Shown here: positions 38,185 to 52,344 of the stretch, piece by piece
Numbering within the stretch: the stretch's first letter is position 1
Layout of the letters: each line of letters starts with the position of its first letter
DNA from: Octopus sinensis
Lineage: Eukaryota
Length of the DNA stretch: 64,000 bases
Direction: 5' to 3'
Assembly: GCF_006345805.1 (NCBI RefSeq)
Contig: NC_043004.1
Coordinates: 32,302,001-32,366,000 of the forward strand
Position numbers and translations under genes: made by a program
Notes under the pieces: generated by a model
Database searches by the model: none
What the model was told of the DNA's origin: nothing
Seen by the model: only the letters and a program-made list of their open reading frames with translations

Positions 38185-38986
38185 CCTTAAAAGAAATGAA
38201 GCTTGTATACCTCACTGGTTGTATAATTTCAGTGTGCATGCACAACAGAGTATAAGCATCTTGAGAGAAAAGTTGGGTTTAAGAGGCATCAGATATGGTG
38301 TGCAAGAGATATGATAGCGTTGGTATGGTCATGTAATGTGTATGGATGAGGATAGCTGTGTGAAGAAATGCTGAACTCTAATGGTAGAAGGAACCAGTGG
38401 AAGAGGTAGGCCCAGGAAGACATGAGATGAGGTGGTGAGGTATTATCTCTGAACGTTGGCCCTCACAGAAGGGACGACAAGTGACTGAGACCTTTGATGA
38501 TATGCTGTGCTTGAGGAGACCTGTCAAAGTCAAGTGAAATCATAGTTGTGGCTTATGCCAGAGTCGTGTAACTGGCACATAAAAAGCACCCTTCAAATGG
38601 GTGATAAGCCATGCTTGAGAGGATCTATCAAACCAAGTGAAATTGTGGTCATGGTTGATGTAAGTGTCACATAACTGGCACCTGCACTAGTGGCATGTAA
38701 AAAGCACTGTTCGAATTTTGGGCCTCGCAGAGGCAGTGGTGAGTGACTGAGACCTTTGGCAATATGTTGTCCTTGAGAAGATCTGTCAAGCCAAGTCAGA
38801 TCATGCCAGGGCCATGTAAAATGCACCCACTACACTCTTGGGGTGGTTGGCATTAGGAAGCGCATCCAGTCTTTGAAATCATGTTAAATCAGATTGGAAC
38901 CTGGTGCAGTTCCCTAGCTTATCAGTTTCAGTCAAACTGTCCAACCCATGCCAGCCTGAAAAACAGACGTTAAATGATGATGATGA
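38185..38986 (+). mobile_element. RTE LINE 3' end, degenerate
   Basis: LREKLGLRGIRYGVQE...GRGRPRKT, modular UTR, (GAT)n. Confidence 0.85.
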
Positions 38987-39033
38987 TTACACACACACAC
39001 ATATACATACATAGATGCACATACACGCACACA

Positions 39034-39067
<34 letters not shown>

Positions 39068-39149
39068 CATACATACATACATACATACATACATACATAC
39101 ATACATACATACATACATACACACATATATATATATATATGTGTGTGTG

Positions 39150-39606
39150 AAGGAGTAACAGTTGATGTATAGGTGTCAGTCCATTACAGCCATTTCTAAT
39201 GACTCCTTTAATTGATTAATGAAAACATTTCATCACTACAAAAAAACCGTTTTTGTCAGATGAATTCATGAACTTCAAAATTAAGGACATTCAAATTAAT
39301 TTGACATAGTTTAAAATCCACGGAGCAAAAACATTTACAGTGATTCTGCTACTATTTCAGTTGACAGAATGGAATTATCAGAATAATGTATATTTAATCA
39401 GAACAGAAAAATTGAGAGGTTAATAGAGTTTTTAGAAGGGAGAAAGAATAATTGACATCCAGTGACCCAATTATCTCTACTTCTAATAAAAGAGTAAAGT
39501 GCGGCTCCATTAGTCTTAGGTTTATCTATTTACATAATATTGTTATGTGTGTATTTCTGACCTAACATGGTGCATCAATTTAAGTACCTAATTTAACTGA
39601 ACCTTA

Positions 39607-39607
<1 letters not shown>
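39150..39607 (-). mobile_element. PLE-derived TA-flanked element with a decayed HHR (family of 1930-2250 and 3055-3295)
   Basis: Minus strand TCAT-CTGACAA...GAAAT-GGCT-GTA-ATGGACTGACA; 39510-39607 resembles 1657-1750. Confidence 0.55.
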
Positions 39608-39648
<41 letters not shown>

Positions 39649-39919
39649 CATGTATGCATGTATGTATGTATATATATATACATATATATATACGTATATA
39701 TGTTTGTATATATATCATCATGATGATGATGATATATATACAAACATATATACGTATATATATATGTATATATATATACATACATACATGCATACATGCA
39801 TACATATATATATATACATACATACACGCACATACATACATACATACATACACACATACATACATACATACATACATACATGCATACATATATATATATA
39901 TAATATATATATATATATG

Positions 39920-39951
<32 letters not shown>

Positions 39952-40135
39952 TAAACTTAGATAAACTTAGATATGTTTCGACCAAAGATTGGTCCAGGCC
40001 ATGTCTAACTTAATAGCACCACCTGATATATATATATACATACATGTTGATGAATAGTTATGTGTAATGGTCAGCAATAGACAAGGACAATATATACATA
40101 TACATATACATATATATATGCATGCACACATATAG

Positions 40136-41007
40136 ACGTGGTCTGATCAATAAGTATCCAGACTGTTGCTATAGTAGTTAAGCTGAAACATGCAGAGTTA
40201 AACTCTGCTGTGCATGCACACTAAGTTTTAACATTTTAGCTCACTTCCACTGTTTACAGCAATGCTTGGAAGGAAGGTGTGTAGCATGTGGTCATTGCAT
40301 TGACCATGACAGAGAAAGTTGAGCTGAGAATCTGTATCAAATTTTGCCAAAAGCTTGGCAATGCCTGCTCAGAGGCCTTTGCAAAGTTTTCAAAAAGTTT
40401 TCATTGTTCTCGACACAAACAAGGAGATCTTGTGCAACTGAAACCCAAGTGTCTTTTTGGTCAGCTGAAAGCAGTTTGGGCACAAATTTGGCAAACACTT
40501 GTCTCATACCCAAATCATCAGTGATAATGGACTGAACTGAACTGTAACTAACCTGCACATCCTCTGATAACTTACGAATGGTGATTTGATGATTTCCTCT
40601 CACAGCTGCATGCACATCTGCAATGTTTTTCTCAGTTCTACTGGTTGTGGGCCTCCCAGAACGTTTGTCCTTATCGTCATATTTTCAGCTATCTTGGAAA
40701 AGTGTGAACCACCCATACATTTGTGTGTGGCTCATACACTCCTCTCCATACACTTTCTGCAACATTATGTAGGCCTCTGAGCAGGTATTGGCATGATAAA
40801 TTTCTCTGTCATGATCAATACAACAATTACACACTACACACCTTCCTTCCAAGCACTGCTGTAAACAATGGAAATGAGCTAGAACGTTAAAACTTAGTGC
40901 ACTTGCACAACAGAGTCGAGGGTCAATCTGTGCCAAGTGGCTTCACTCTGCATGCTTTAGCTTCGTTACAATGGCAATAGTCTGGATACTTATTGAACAG
41001 ATCTCAT
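40136..41007. mobile_element. Mariner-derived foldback element with two 5' ends
   Basis: 40136-40378 is inverted-homologous to about 40770-41007; MTEKVELRICIKFCQKLG on +, HTH to FAKFVPKLLS on -. Confidence 0.8.
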
Positions 41008-41071
41008 ATGTATATATGTCTGTGTGTGTGTATGTGTGTGTATATATATATGTCTATATACACACACACAC

Positions 41072-41106
<35 letters not shown>

Positions 41107-41144
41107 CATATGTATATACATACATATATATATACATATATTCT

Positions 41145-41460
41145 GAGACCCTCCTTCGGTCACGACACAGAACATGGGATTGCACCTAGAAAGTTACCCT
41201 CCCAGGCACAAGTCTGGGCAAGGTTGTTTATGGAGGACCAGCAGTTGCCCATGCATACTGGCCTCCCCTCTCCATGCCACCAGTGTTATCCAAGGGAAAG
41301 GCACCTGTGATGTCACAACTCATTTCTACAGCTGAGTGAACTGGAGCAATGTGAAATAAGGTGTTTTGCTCAAGAACATAACACGCAGCCTGGTCCAGGA
41401 TTTGAGCTCACACCCTCATGATTGTAAGCTTGACGCTCTAACCACTGAGCCATGCACTTC

Positions 41461-41462
<2 letters not shown>
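41145..41462 (-). mobile_element. tRNA-headed SINE (third family)
   Basis: Minus strand TGGCTCAGTGGTTAGAGCG A-box, GAGCTCAAATCC B-box, then TTGAGCAAAACACCTT central domain. Confidence 0.75.
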
Positions 41463-41526
<64 letters not shown>

Positions 41527-41559
41527 AATATGTATATACATACATACATACACACACAA

Positions 41560-41615
<56 letters not shown>

Positions 41616-41616
<1 letters not shown>

Positions 41617-41855
41617 TGGGCATGGCTGTAGGCGCGGGCATGGCTGTAGATGCGGGCATGGCTGTGTGGTTAGGGAGCTTGCTTCCTAGCTACATGGTTT
41701 CGGGTTCAGTCCCACTGCGTGGCACTTTGGGTTGGTGTCTTCCACTATTGCCCCGAGCCGACCGGAGCTTTGTGATTGAATTCGGTAGGTGGAAGTTACT
41801 GCCGTGTGTGTATGTGTGCGTATAGCTGCTCAGTGCCTCTCCGAAAGAGAGAGAG

Positions 41856-41860
<5 letters not shown>
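41616..41860 (+). mobile_element. tRNA-headed SINE with a triplicated 18-bp head
   Basis: GGGCATGGCTGT x3, then a body matching 2614-2802. Confidence 0.75.
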
Positions 41861-41894
<34 letters not shown>

Positions 41895-41933
41895 TATATA
41901 TATACACACATATGTATATACATATATACATAC

Positions 41934-41969
<36 letters not shown>

Positions 41970-42090
41970 ATGTGTGTGTATGTTTGTATGTATGTATGTA
42001 TAGTTGATAGCTTCTGTTCCCTAAGAAATCTAATTATTGATCAGACTTTGTATGTATATATGTGTGTGTGTGTGTATATATATACATGCA

Positions 42091-42126
<36 letters not shown>

Positions 42127-43813
42127 TGTATGTATGTATGTATGTATGTATGTATGGTTGATAGATTCTGTTCCCTAAAAAAATCTAAATAGTGGTGGGT
42201 GTGGAAGATCTAGAATATAGTAACCAGAGTTAGAACTGGCAGGAAAAAGTTCAAGGACCAATTAGAACTATTGGCTCCAAAGGGTTTCTTCCTCAAAGCG
42301 TAGAGCAGATTGTGTGCAAAGTGTGATGCATGATAATGAGACATAAGCGTAGGGTACATGAGCCTAGGATCTACGTAGGCTACAAAGAAATGAGGTAAGC
42401 ATGCTCTTCTGGATGTGTAATGTTAGTGTGCATGAAAGGCAGAGCATAGAAAGCTGAAGGTAAAAAAAGAACTGAACATAAGAGGAATCAGATGAAGTGT
42501 ACAAGAGAGAAGAGTGTTTCAATGATTGCTGGAAAGATGCATATGAAGGAGGACCGGTGGGTAAAGATGTGCTGTGCAGTCAAAGTAAATGGAACCTGTA
42601 GAAGAGGGAGAGTGGGGGAGACTTGAGATGAAGTAAAGACTGGTAATGCATGGTAGGGGAGAAGGGGATCTGCTTGCTTATCAAGACATGGCAAAACAGG
42701 AGCTAAATTATGTATATTTTGCATGTATACAGATATATACTGCTTAGCATATGTACGTATGTACATGCACATATACATGCATTCATATCTATATCTTCCA
42801 ACTCTCAAGTCGGTTTCTTTGATAACCTTTCACCTTTCTAACAGCCACATCACTGCGCTATATTGTCAGTTTGTCTTAGAAAGAAAGATAGTGGATCTCT
42901 GCTGTTCATCAATTATTGCACTCTCTCATTCATGCCTTTATTGCTTGTCTTCTGTTTGCTATACATCACCTATTACTCAACTCTCAATCACTACCTCTTC
43001 TCAATTCCAACTGTACAATGCTTCCTGTGTGACCAGGGATGGCTGTGAGTCTTGTCTGTTACTTTACTTCCAATGTAACTAGGGAGAATTCTGTACCTAT
43101 TCCGAGCCTGTTCCCAACACTTCTTTGTGCCATTCACTAGTGCAGGGCTCATCTACTTACCATTCCCCTTGCCACCACCCTCATCTCTTGACCCCTCTGG
43201 CCCATTTTAAAGCCTATATACAGGTGGCTAAATTGGATCACTTATGCCCAGTTCACTTTACTTTCGCCCTTCCCCTTGTACTGCCTATCATTACTTTGTG
43301 GTACTCTGTTAGTGTACAATAAAGCACAAAGACAAACTGGTGGGGTGCAGGATAAGGTGATTAAATCTACTTCCAGTACTTGTTTGGTACATTATTTTAC
43401 CAGCCTCAAGACTAAAAGTCATAAATATCCAAGATTTCATGGCAACGACCATAGGTTTTGAGCCATTTTAAAAGCATTTAATGACCTTTTTAAAGAAGGA
43501 CTTAATCTGATTCAACATCCTTGAGATACAATGGGATTGGAAACAATGAAATAATTTGATGCATAAAGATTTTATCCTTTTCCTTACATATCTGCTGTTA
43601 TTACATTATGAAATCAGAAGGTGGTGAGCTGGTAGAATTGTTAGCATGGTGGACTAAACACTCTGCTGCATTTCTTTTAGTTTTACATTTTGAGTTCAAA
43701 TTCCACCAAGGTCAACTTTACCTTTCATTCTTCCAGGATCAATAAAATAAGTACCAGTTGAGTACTGAGGACTAGCTCACCTCACCTAGAATTTCAGGAT
43801 TTGTGCCTATCTA

Positions 43814-44865
43814 TAAGGGTAGGTTGAAAAGTTCATTGGCTAACGATGAAGATGTGATGCTAGAGCTGCAAGATCTTGAATACATTAATTTCATCTCTTC
43901 TTCTTAATAACTGCATTATTTCTTGCCAGGTAAACAGGCATATGACTGTTAAAAGAAGACTTCAAGGTGACTAGTAGTGGCTTTTCTTGAAAGTGGAGAA
44001 AATTTGGCATTGTGGTGTTATCAAGTACCTGTAGAAAAAGGGTTTATCTCACCAAGGACATTCATACAAACATGGTTGCAACTTTATGGGATGATACCCT
44101 AGCTTTATCATAAATCAAATAGCCAATGCTATTAGAATATCCTGTGAGATAGTCGAAGATATTTTTCCCAATGAACATAACATGAGGAACGTTTCTGCTT
44201 GGTGGGTGCCAAATCTTCTGACGCCTGATCAAAAGTACACCAAGCTGATCACATAACAAGTAAAAATCTGACATTGTTTGAAGAAGATCCAACTGGTTTT
44301 CTCAAATGTTTCCTGACCTAGGATGAGTGTTGGCTTCATCACTTTGAGCCAGAGACAAAGAGACAAACCATGCAGTGCAAACATTCCTCCTCACTTGCAC
44401 TAAAGAAGGCCAAGTTTGTTTTATTTGCAGGGAAGGTGATGGCCTCGGTTTTTTGGGGATGCCAAAAGCATTGGATTTATTGACTGTCTTCAAAATAACC
44501 ATACCATCAATGGAGAGTGCTATGCCAACTTGCTGAGGCAGTTATGAAAGGCTATCAAAACCAAGCACCCAAGAAAACTGATGAAAGGGGTTTTGTTTTA
44601 TGAGGACAATGCTCTAGCACACTAGTCCCTGGTTTCAATGGGTGCTGTGTGCAGCTGTGACTTTCAGCTGGTTGATCACCTCCACTAGTCTTCTGATTTG
44701 GCCTCATCTGACTATCATCTGTTCCCTGACATGAAAAAGCACTTGGCTGGAAACCAGTAGTGCAGTGATGATGATGTCATATCTGTTGTTGATGACTTTT
44801 TGACCAACAAGATGAAAGTTTCTTCACCAATGGGGTCCAATCATTGCAACACTGATGGAAACATT
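43814..44865 (+). mobile_element. Mariner (DD34D-type) relic
   Basis: DECWLHHFEPETKRQ, GKVMASVFW, DNALAH, SSDLASSDYHLFPDMKKHL. Confidence 0.85.
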
Positions 44866-46677
44866 CTGATAGATCCTGGAAATGACACAGTTATACATTT
44901 TCCAGTTTATCTATAAAATATTGGTACCAGGACCACTCAGAAGGGTATAGATTATCTCCCAAATCTGCCACAGTCAAATAACTAAATACTTCAGTTTCAA
45001 AACTTGATTACTGAAGCTATCTTTTACTTTGACTCCATTTCAATGAATTTATTATTTGGGATCCATTAGTTGTGTTTAACAGCCATACAGAATTATTATT
45101 TTGTGCATACACCTGACTGGTTTTCATGCTCGTGGTGTGTAAAAAGCACCATTCGAGTGTGGTCAATGCCGGTGCTGCCTGACTGGCCCCCGTGCTGGTG
45201 GCATGTAAAAAGCACCCACTACACTCTCAGAGTGGTTGGCATTAGGAAGGGCATCCAGCTGTAGAAACTTTGCTAGATCAGAAGGGAGCCTGGTGCAGCC
45301 TCCTGGCTTGCCAGTCCTCAGTCAAACTGTCCAACCCATGCCAGCATGGAAAACAGACGTCAAACGAGTCTTTTATATTTACAGTCTTTTATATTCTTTT
45401 ATAGTCTTTTATATTTACATTTAATAAACACTTTATATTTACATTTAGTGCTTCATGTTTCTCTACCTGTATCTTACATGTATTTCATATATAGTCTTCT
45501 ACATTCTCCATCACTCATCATCATACATCTTACACACCACATATAGTCTTCAATATTCAGTGCCCATATATAGTAGTTTTACTACTATATATCATCGCAC
45601 ATTTTAACAGACAACTTATGTTTCACCACTACATAGCCTCACACATGTTACACCTGCATCATAGTCCTCACTATCTATGTTTCCCTACCCAACACCATCA
45701 AACATTTTACACACTACTTTTCATACTCAACATTCACTGTCACATATTTTGCACCCGGTGCACGGAATTACCATATAATCACATGCTTAACCCATGCCCT
45801 GCTATATACTGTGTTGAAATATTATTCACCGTGTTTATGAATCAGTCAAAATTCATAGTCCCCAGAGCCTTTAACGCACAGGAACAGAAACATTACCCTC
45901 TCCTTTTATATCCTTTTATAAAGGTTATTTTAACAAACAACATTAGTAACAGTTTTCAATACCTCGCCCACCCTGTATCTACCCTAGCCACTTCAACCTA
46001 ATGGGAATGTAGACACACTGCTATATTATACATGTGGGAATATAACTGCCCCGATATTTATCTGAGAAAAAACAGCTGTTCTTGTATATGTTATTGGGAA
46101 GAACAGTTGATAAAGTAAGAAAGTTTAAACATTAAAGTAAAACAAGTAAACAAAATAATTAACTCAGATTTTATTTAGGTTTGAACCAAGAATATGTTTA
46201 CATTTTTTTAACTGGGTTTCTTGCATAGTGGTTCCAAGTGGGATTTTAGTTTATATATGTATTTGTTTTGCATATCTAAATATGCATATTTGTTGACAAA
46301 TATATATACATGTGTGTGTGTGTGTTTGTGTGCATGTGTGTACACACATATTTACACATACACTCATCACATACACACACACATGTGTGCACTCATGCAC
46401 ACACATGCATGCATGCATGCATACACTCACACACACACACACCGCATACAGGTGTGGCTATAGGCATACATGTCGCTGTGGTGTTAAACATCTTGTTTCA
46501 CATGCATGTTGTTTGTTTCTAGTCTTCCATGAAATATATATCAGGGAAAATATCAATGTGCTCAATAACAGCTGAGTGCTGGCAACAGAAATACATGTAT
46601 ATGTATATGTATATCTATCAATTTATCTATCTGTGTGTGTATGTGTGTATGTGTGTGTATATATATATATATATATA

Positions 46678-47883
46678 CTGGGTCATCCCATAACTACTGC
46701 AACTTTTTCAATTGCATGAACTAAAAGTCGGAGGGGGATGGGATAAATTACCCGCATTAACTTGCTGTAAAAGCAGGCAGTAATTTTACCTTGTCCTTAT
46801 TCTTAGTGCAAGTTTCGAAGAGTGCAATTCAATATTAACAGTTATTTTTTTCAAAGCTGTAATAGAAGTGACAAAGGAGCATATTTGGATTATTTTGCTT
46901 TATGAGTTCAATAAAGGCAACAACACAATGGAAAGTGTGAGAAATATTTATGCAGTATATGGGGATTGGACAATAAGCATAAGCCAGAAACTACAACCTG
47001 GGAGACAAGCCTCAATCTGGAAGATCTGTAGAGCTTGACAAGGATATCCCTCAAACCCTGGTGGAGCAAAATCCCATTGTAACTGTTGAGGCACATGCAG
47101 AGAAACTTGGAGTTAGTCATTCAACCATTCATAGACACTTGCATGCCATCGGAAAAGTCAGCAAATTAAGTCAATGGGTTCCTCACAAACTTTCTGAGTC
47201 TAATTGCACACGGAGAGTGAATGTGTGCTCTTCTTTGCTGTCATGTCTCATGAAAGAATCTTTTTTCAGTCTGGTCCAAATAGTGATGGTGATGAGAAAT
47301 GGGTTCTCTATAAAAATGTCAAACACCGAAGACAGTAGGTAGGGAAAGGAGATAACATGTAAGGTGTTGTTATCTGTTTGATGGGATATGAAAGGTTTAG
47401 TCCACTTTGAACTTTTAAACCCAAACCAATCAAAGGAGATCTACTGCGAGCAGCTTGAGTGACTTAAGTCAGTGCTAGAAGAAAAACAACCATCTTTAGT
47501 TTCAAGATGGAAAATGTTCTTCCATCATCATAACGCTCAGCTATATACAGTGAGGATGACTGGAGCAGTTTGAATGGAAAATGATGCCCCATCCACCGTA
47601 TTCACTGGACATTGCCCCATCTGATTATCATTTATTCTGCAGTCTTCAAAATCATTTGGACAGAAAAATATGAATTCTGCAGACAAGGTCAGAACTGTAC
47701 TGGAGAAGTATTTTTTGTCACAGACAAGTGAATTTTAGAAGTGGGGACTTGCAAGTCTACCAGATAGATGGAAGAGCATTGTAGAAAATGAAGGAGAGTA
47801 TATTTTAGATTAAAGAACTTTGTTTATCTTAATTTTGAAAAATAAAAGTATAAAAAATACGCATAATTTATGGGATGATCCAA
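46678..47883 (+). mobile_element. Near full-length mariner (DD34D-type), degenerate
   Basis: TA-flanked TIRs CTGGGTCATCCCATAA / TTATGGGATGATCCAA; WVPHKLSE, HPPYSLDIAPSDYHLF. Confidence 0.92.
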
Positions 47884-47989
47884 TATAGATGAGGTAGTAT
47901 CAAAAGGTTCTTGGACTTGTTATGTTTAATAAAAAAATAACTTACTTGAAGTAGTCAGAGTACATGATGGGGTACTTAAGCTTTGACTA

Positions 47990-48915
47990 GTTTTGCAGAG
48001 TAGCACAGTAACAATCATCTCAGCCTATACTCCAGCACCTCCCCAACTGGGTCTGCCAAATGAAGAGAAGGACTGCTTCTATGACACTCTTCTGTAAGCC
48101 ACTTCAAAGATAAACGACTGTGACCTTATCTTTGTGGCTGGTGATTTCATTGGACATGTTGTGTGGCACCCAGGTATCTTCTATGGAGTGCATGAGGGAC
48201 ATGGAATTGGTTCCTGAAATGAGGAGTGTATAAGGCTGCTGGATTCTGTAACACAAATGACATAATGATCTGCAACACTAACTTCAGAAAGCCAGTCAGT
48301 CACTTGATAACCTATGAATCCTGCGACCATGCAGGATTCATGGTTGCTCATAAATGCAAAGGTCTTCCCTGGAGAAGAATGTACTCCACAGCATAGGTTA
48401 CTCACTGGGGACTTGAAGCTTCTGGTCTGAAGGATTTCAAGAAATAAGCCAGTTTAGAAAAGAAGAGTATGGAAGCTTAAGGATCCTTTGATTAGTCAGA
48501 GATTTAGAGACATCCCAAATGAAGTATATAATGAGAGGGAGGAGGAGTTACAGACTTGTAGCAAAAAGGATAAGTGGACTTGCTGAATGCCTCAGACCAA
48601 ATTTGTGGCTGGTGCAAAGTCCCATCCAAGCCTAGGATGATGTGGTGGTGGAACAGGGTAGCTGACAGGGACATTAGAGCAAAGAAACAGGTTTGGAAAG
48701 ACTGGAAGGGTGGTGGGAGCAAGGAGTTATATCAAGCAGCTAGGAGGGAAGCTAGGAAGCTGGTATACTTAGCAAGGAGTGAAGCAGAAAGGAAGAAGTT
48801 TGCCAATGTCTTACAATGTGAGGACCTGAGGCTTGAAGTGTTTCAGCTTGCAAGACAATGTGCCATGGAAAATTGTGATGTTATAGGAGAGAAGTGTGTT
48901 TGCATGGATTATGGT
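47990..48915 (+). mobile_element. RTE LINE fragment (endonuclease C-terminus and linker)
   Basis: FVAGDF.GHV, KVFPGEECTPQHRLL, WWWNRVADRDIRAKKQVWKDWK. Confidence 0.85.
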
Positions 48916-48983
48916 TTATGGTTCACATATATATGTGTGTGTGTACACCCATCCATATTCTTTATATACCAATTGTGTATATA

Positions 48984-50068
48984 CGGGTTGGGGCAGAGAG
49001 GATGGACGTTTTTGAAAAATTCACAAAATCATTAATTTTAGCTGCAAACAAATTTTATTGACATCAGTGTGTTTGTATTGAATTTATAATTGTCAAAATC
49101 AAGTGTGGAAAACAATATCCATCATGTGGTGTTCGTTTTCATTGATGCATTTCTGAAGGCATTCTTGGAAGTTGGCCTCTCTCTCTCCAACATTGCTCTG
49201 TTGATTTGGGTGACTTCCATGCAAATAGCTTCCTTCAAATTGTCCAATGTACGAGGTTCTTCCTTCAAATCGTCCAATGTATGCACATACACATATGCCT
49301 TGAGGTTTCCCCATAAGAAATAATCACACATGGACAAATCAGAGAACTAAGGGCGGGGGGGGGACCAAAGAATGTCAGCAAACCTGGAAATGAAGCAGTC
49401 ACTGAAGAGAGGGTGAAGAACATCTATTAATGTTCTGGCTATGGGCTGTCACCCCATCCTACTGAAACCATACACATTGAACAGGCTTATGTTTTCATCG
49501 TAATTCAGACACAAACAAGTTGTTTATCATCTTGATGTAATGCTTGGAATTTACAGTGACAGCATTTCCATTATTGTCTTCATAAAAGTAAGGACAGATG
49601 ACTGCAGCTTCTCCAACAGCACACCAGACCGTCACTTTTGGGCCGTGCAGTGGTCTTTTGTGCAGTTTGCTCAGATTTTCAAGAGCTTGTCTGATGTGTT
49701 CCACATTTTCTGGGGTCTGAACCGTTCGTGGCAGCCACACCAGTCTCCTATTCATTAGTGTACCTCGTGTATGAAGTGCATTCACCCAACGTAAGATTGT
49801 GCGACAGGTGGGAACAGCCTGATTTCGGTGTATGTTGAAGTGGTGCTGAGACTCATGTTGTACTGCTGTGACAGACTCGTTGATCTTCATTTAACTATTG
49901 GAGGCAAACACGCAATGCTCTGTTGTCCATAGCACCATGGCTTCACCTGAAAAGAAAAAAAAATGCTAAGATACCATGGACTGAATAGTATCTGTTAGAC
50001 ATATGTCTCACCCCCTGGGGCCGAGTGACAGCCATTTCAAAAACGTCCATCCTTTCTGCCCCACCTTG
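48984..50068 (-). mobile_element. Tc1/mariner-superfamily (maT-like) transposon with an internal deletion
   Basis: ~33-bp TA-flanked TIRs CGGGTTGGGGCAGAGAGGATGGACGTTTTTGAAA; PLHGPKVTVWCAVG, CDYFLWGNLKAYVY. Confidence 0.9.
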
Positions 50069-50699
50069 TACATACACACATTCATTTCCAATCTTCCTTC
50101 ATTTCCTGTGCTCCATGAACTCATGGGGAGAAATTTCCTTGGTTTAAAACAGTTGAAGATTGGTGATAGGATAAAATATATTTGGTAGGAAACCTGCGAT
50201 CAGAGGACTTCGAAATGAATTTGATAGTTATGAAGGTATACATCTAGAAAAAACGTATAGAATCTTTTATCTGTACTTCAAATGAAGATTGAAAAATAAT
50301 ATGAGATCACAGCTTGGATTATACACCTACACCTATCTTTTATCTTTTATCTTTTTCTTGTTTCAGTCATTTGCCTGTGGCCATGCTGGAGCACCACCTT
50401 GAAGGGTTTTAGTTAAACAAATCAATCCCAGGACTTTTTTTTAAGCCTAGTATTTATTCTATTGGTCTCTTTTGCTGAACTGCTGAGTTACAAGGACATA
50501 AACACATCAACACTGGTTGTCAATCATGCCAGAACAGTCAGTGGAGCCTGGTGCTGCCCCTGGCTTCACCAGCTCTGGTCAAACTGTCCAATCTGTGTAG
50601 GCATGGAAAATGGATGTTAAATGATGATAATGATATATACATATATGGATGAGTGGATGTGTATGTATGTCATTATTCAGTTTTATTTAGAGAAAGAGC

Positions 50700-52124
50700 T
50701 GTACATTATTTATATTTGACGGATATTTTGGCTGATATACTCCCAAAATGATTTATTATTATTTTATTCATGTCACTGCCTGGAATCGAACTCGGAATCT
50801 TGGGGTTAATTGCCTGCGCTCTTAAGCACTACGCCATATACCCATGGGCAATTATAGAGTGAATTTTAAGGCTTAAAAATCTAATATTTTCCTATTCTTC
50901 TTTAATACCGGTTCCCATATGCTACTTGTATCTGCACTCGGTCTGCTTAGGAGGTTATTATGTCCTAGTATAATGTGCTACTTCTTTTAGTTTTAGTATT
51001 TTCCAGTGGTGTTCTCTGTCAATTATTTTAACTTCATCCCACAGGGAGAGGTGGTCTCCATTTTTCCAAACGTGATTAGCTATACCCGATTTATCAACAT
51101 CTCCTCATGTCACAGCTTTACAATGTTCCTCAACCCTTATTTTGAGGGGCCGGTATGATTCGCCTTTGTATAACCTACCACAGCTACATTGGATGGAGGA
51201 CATGCAGTCTTTGGTCATATTCTCTTCTATTGGTGGTTTTACTCAAAGGAGATATTTGTGAGGTATTGATGAATACTATCCTGATGGCAAATGGGTGCAT
51301 ATCTTTTGTATCTTTTTAGAGAGGCCTTTTACGTAGGGTAAACAGACTGTGGTCAGTTTATGGGTTTCATCCTCTCTTCATAACTGGAGTGGATAGTATG
51401 TTTTTGGGGTCATTGTTACTTAATAGATCGTTACTTAGCTTGGTCATTTCTTCATGGTTTGCTACTTATATTCTTTGCTCGATGTTTTAGACACTGAGCA
51501 ATTTCTCTCTTTACACTGTATGGATGGTGTGCATTGAAGTTGAGGTATCATCCAGTGAAGGTCGGCTTGCGGCATATGGATGTCCTGAATCCATACTTGG
51601 CACGTGTTATTAATATGTCCAGAATTGCCAGCTGATTGCCTTTTTCCTTTTCCATTGTGAACTGTATTGATGGCTTTATTGAGTTCACATGATCTAACAG
51701 CACTTGGACATCTTCCTGGTGGGGCCAGAGTATAAAGACGTCATCAATATATCACAGCCATAGAGTTGATTTTAGTGGTGTTGATCCTAAAGCCAAATTC
51801 TCAGAGTATTCCATGTATATATTGGCTATTATCTGTGATAATGGCAAACCCATAGCATGTATGGAAAATCAAAGACCACTTCCCACTGTGGGATGAAGTT
51901 AAAATAATAGACAGAGAACACCACTGGAAAATACGAAAACTAAAAGAAGCAGCACATATGCTAGGACACAACAACTTCCTAAGCAGACCGAGTGCAGATA
52001 TGAGTAGCATATGCAAACTAGTTTTATAGAAGGATAGGCCCTAAAATTTACTCCATAATTACCCACGGGCATATGGTGTAATGGTTAAGAGCATGGGGTA
52101 CTAACCCCAAGATTCTGAGTTTGT

Positions 52125-52181
<57 letters not shown>

Positions 52182-52340
52182 GCAACAACAACAACATCAT
52201 CAGCATAATCATCGAAAAATACCTTAGGAATGAGAACCCAAGTTTGAAATTTCCCCAGGACCCCTGAAGAAGGCTGGAGAGTATATCAGCCGAAACAAAC
52301 AAGATGAGGACAAATATCTGTCAAATGTAAATAATGTAAA
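50700..52340 (-). mobile_element. Penelope/Poseidon-type PLE with inverted pLTR, degenerate
   Basis: Minus strand WL*YIDDVFILWPH...IQFTMEKE...YLNFNAHHP (RT) and SGIANHVWKNGDH...KLKE (GIY-YIG); 50700-51100 is inverted at 51830-52340; HHR 5' core CTGAAGA-AGGCTG..CAGCC-GAAAC at 52264-52296. Confidence 0.9.
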
Positions 52341-52344
52341 TCAG

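Noticed and set aside
41385-41462. Genuine tRNA gene (also SINE heads at 25070 and 27632, and the 50772 module)
   Set aside because: A and B boxes are present but acceptor stems do not pair and the sequences run on into repeat bodies.
37848-42161. Many YI/HT/CV/MY-rich ORFs in the ORF track (also near 6000, 15300-16400 and 30000-30600)
   Set aside because: They are translations of TA, CA and TATG microsatellites.
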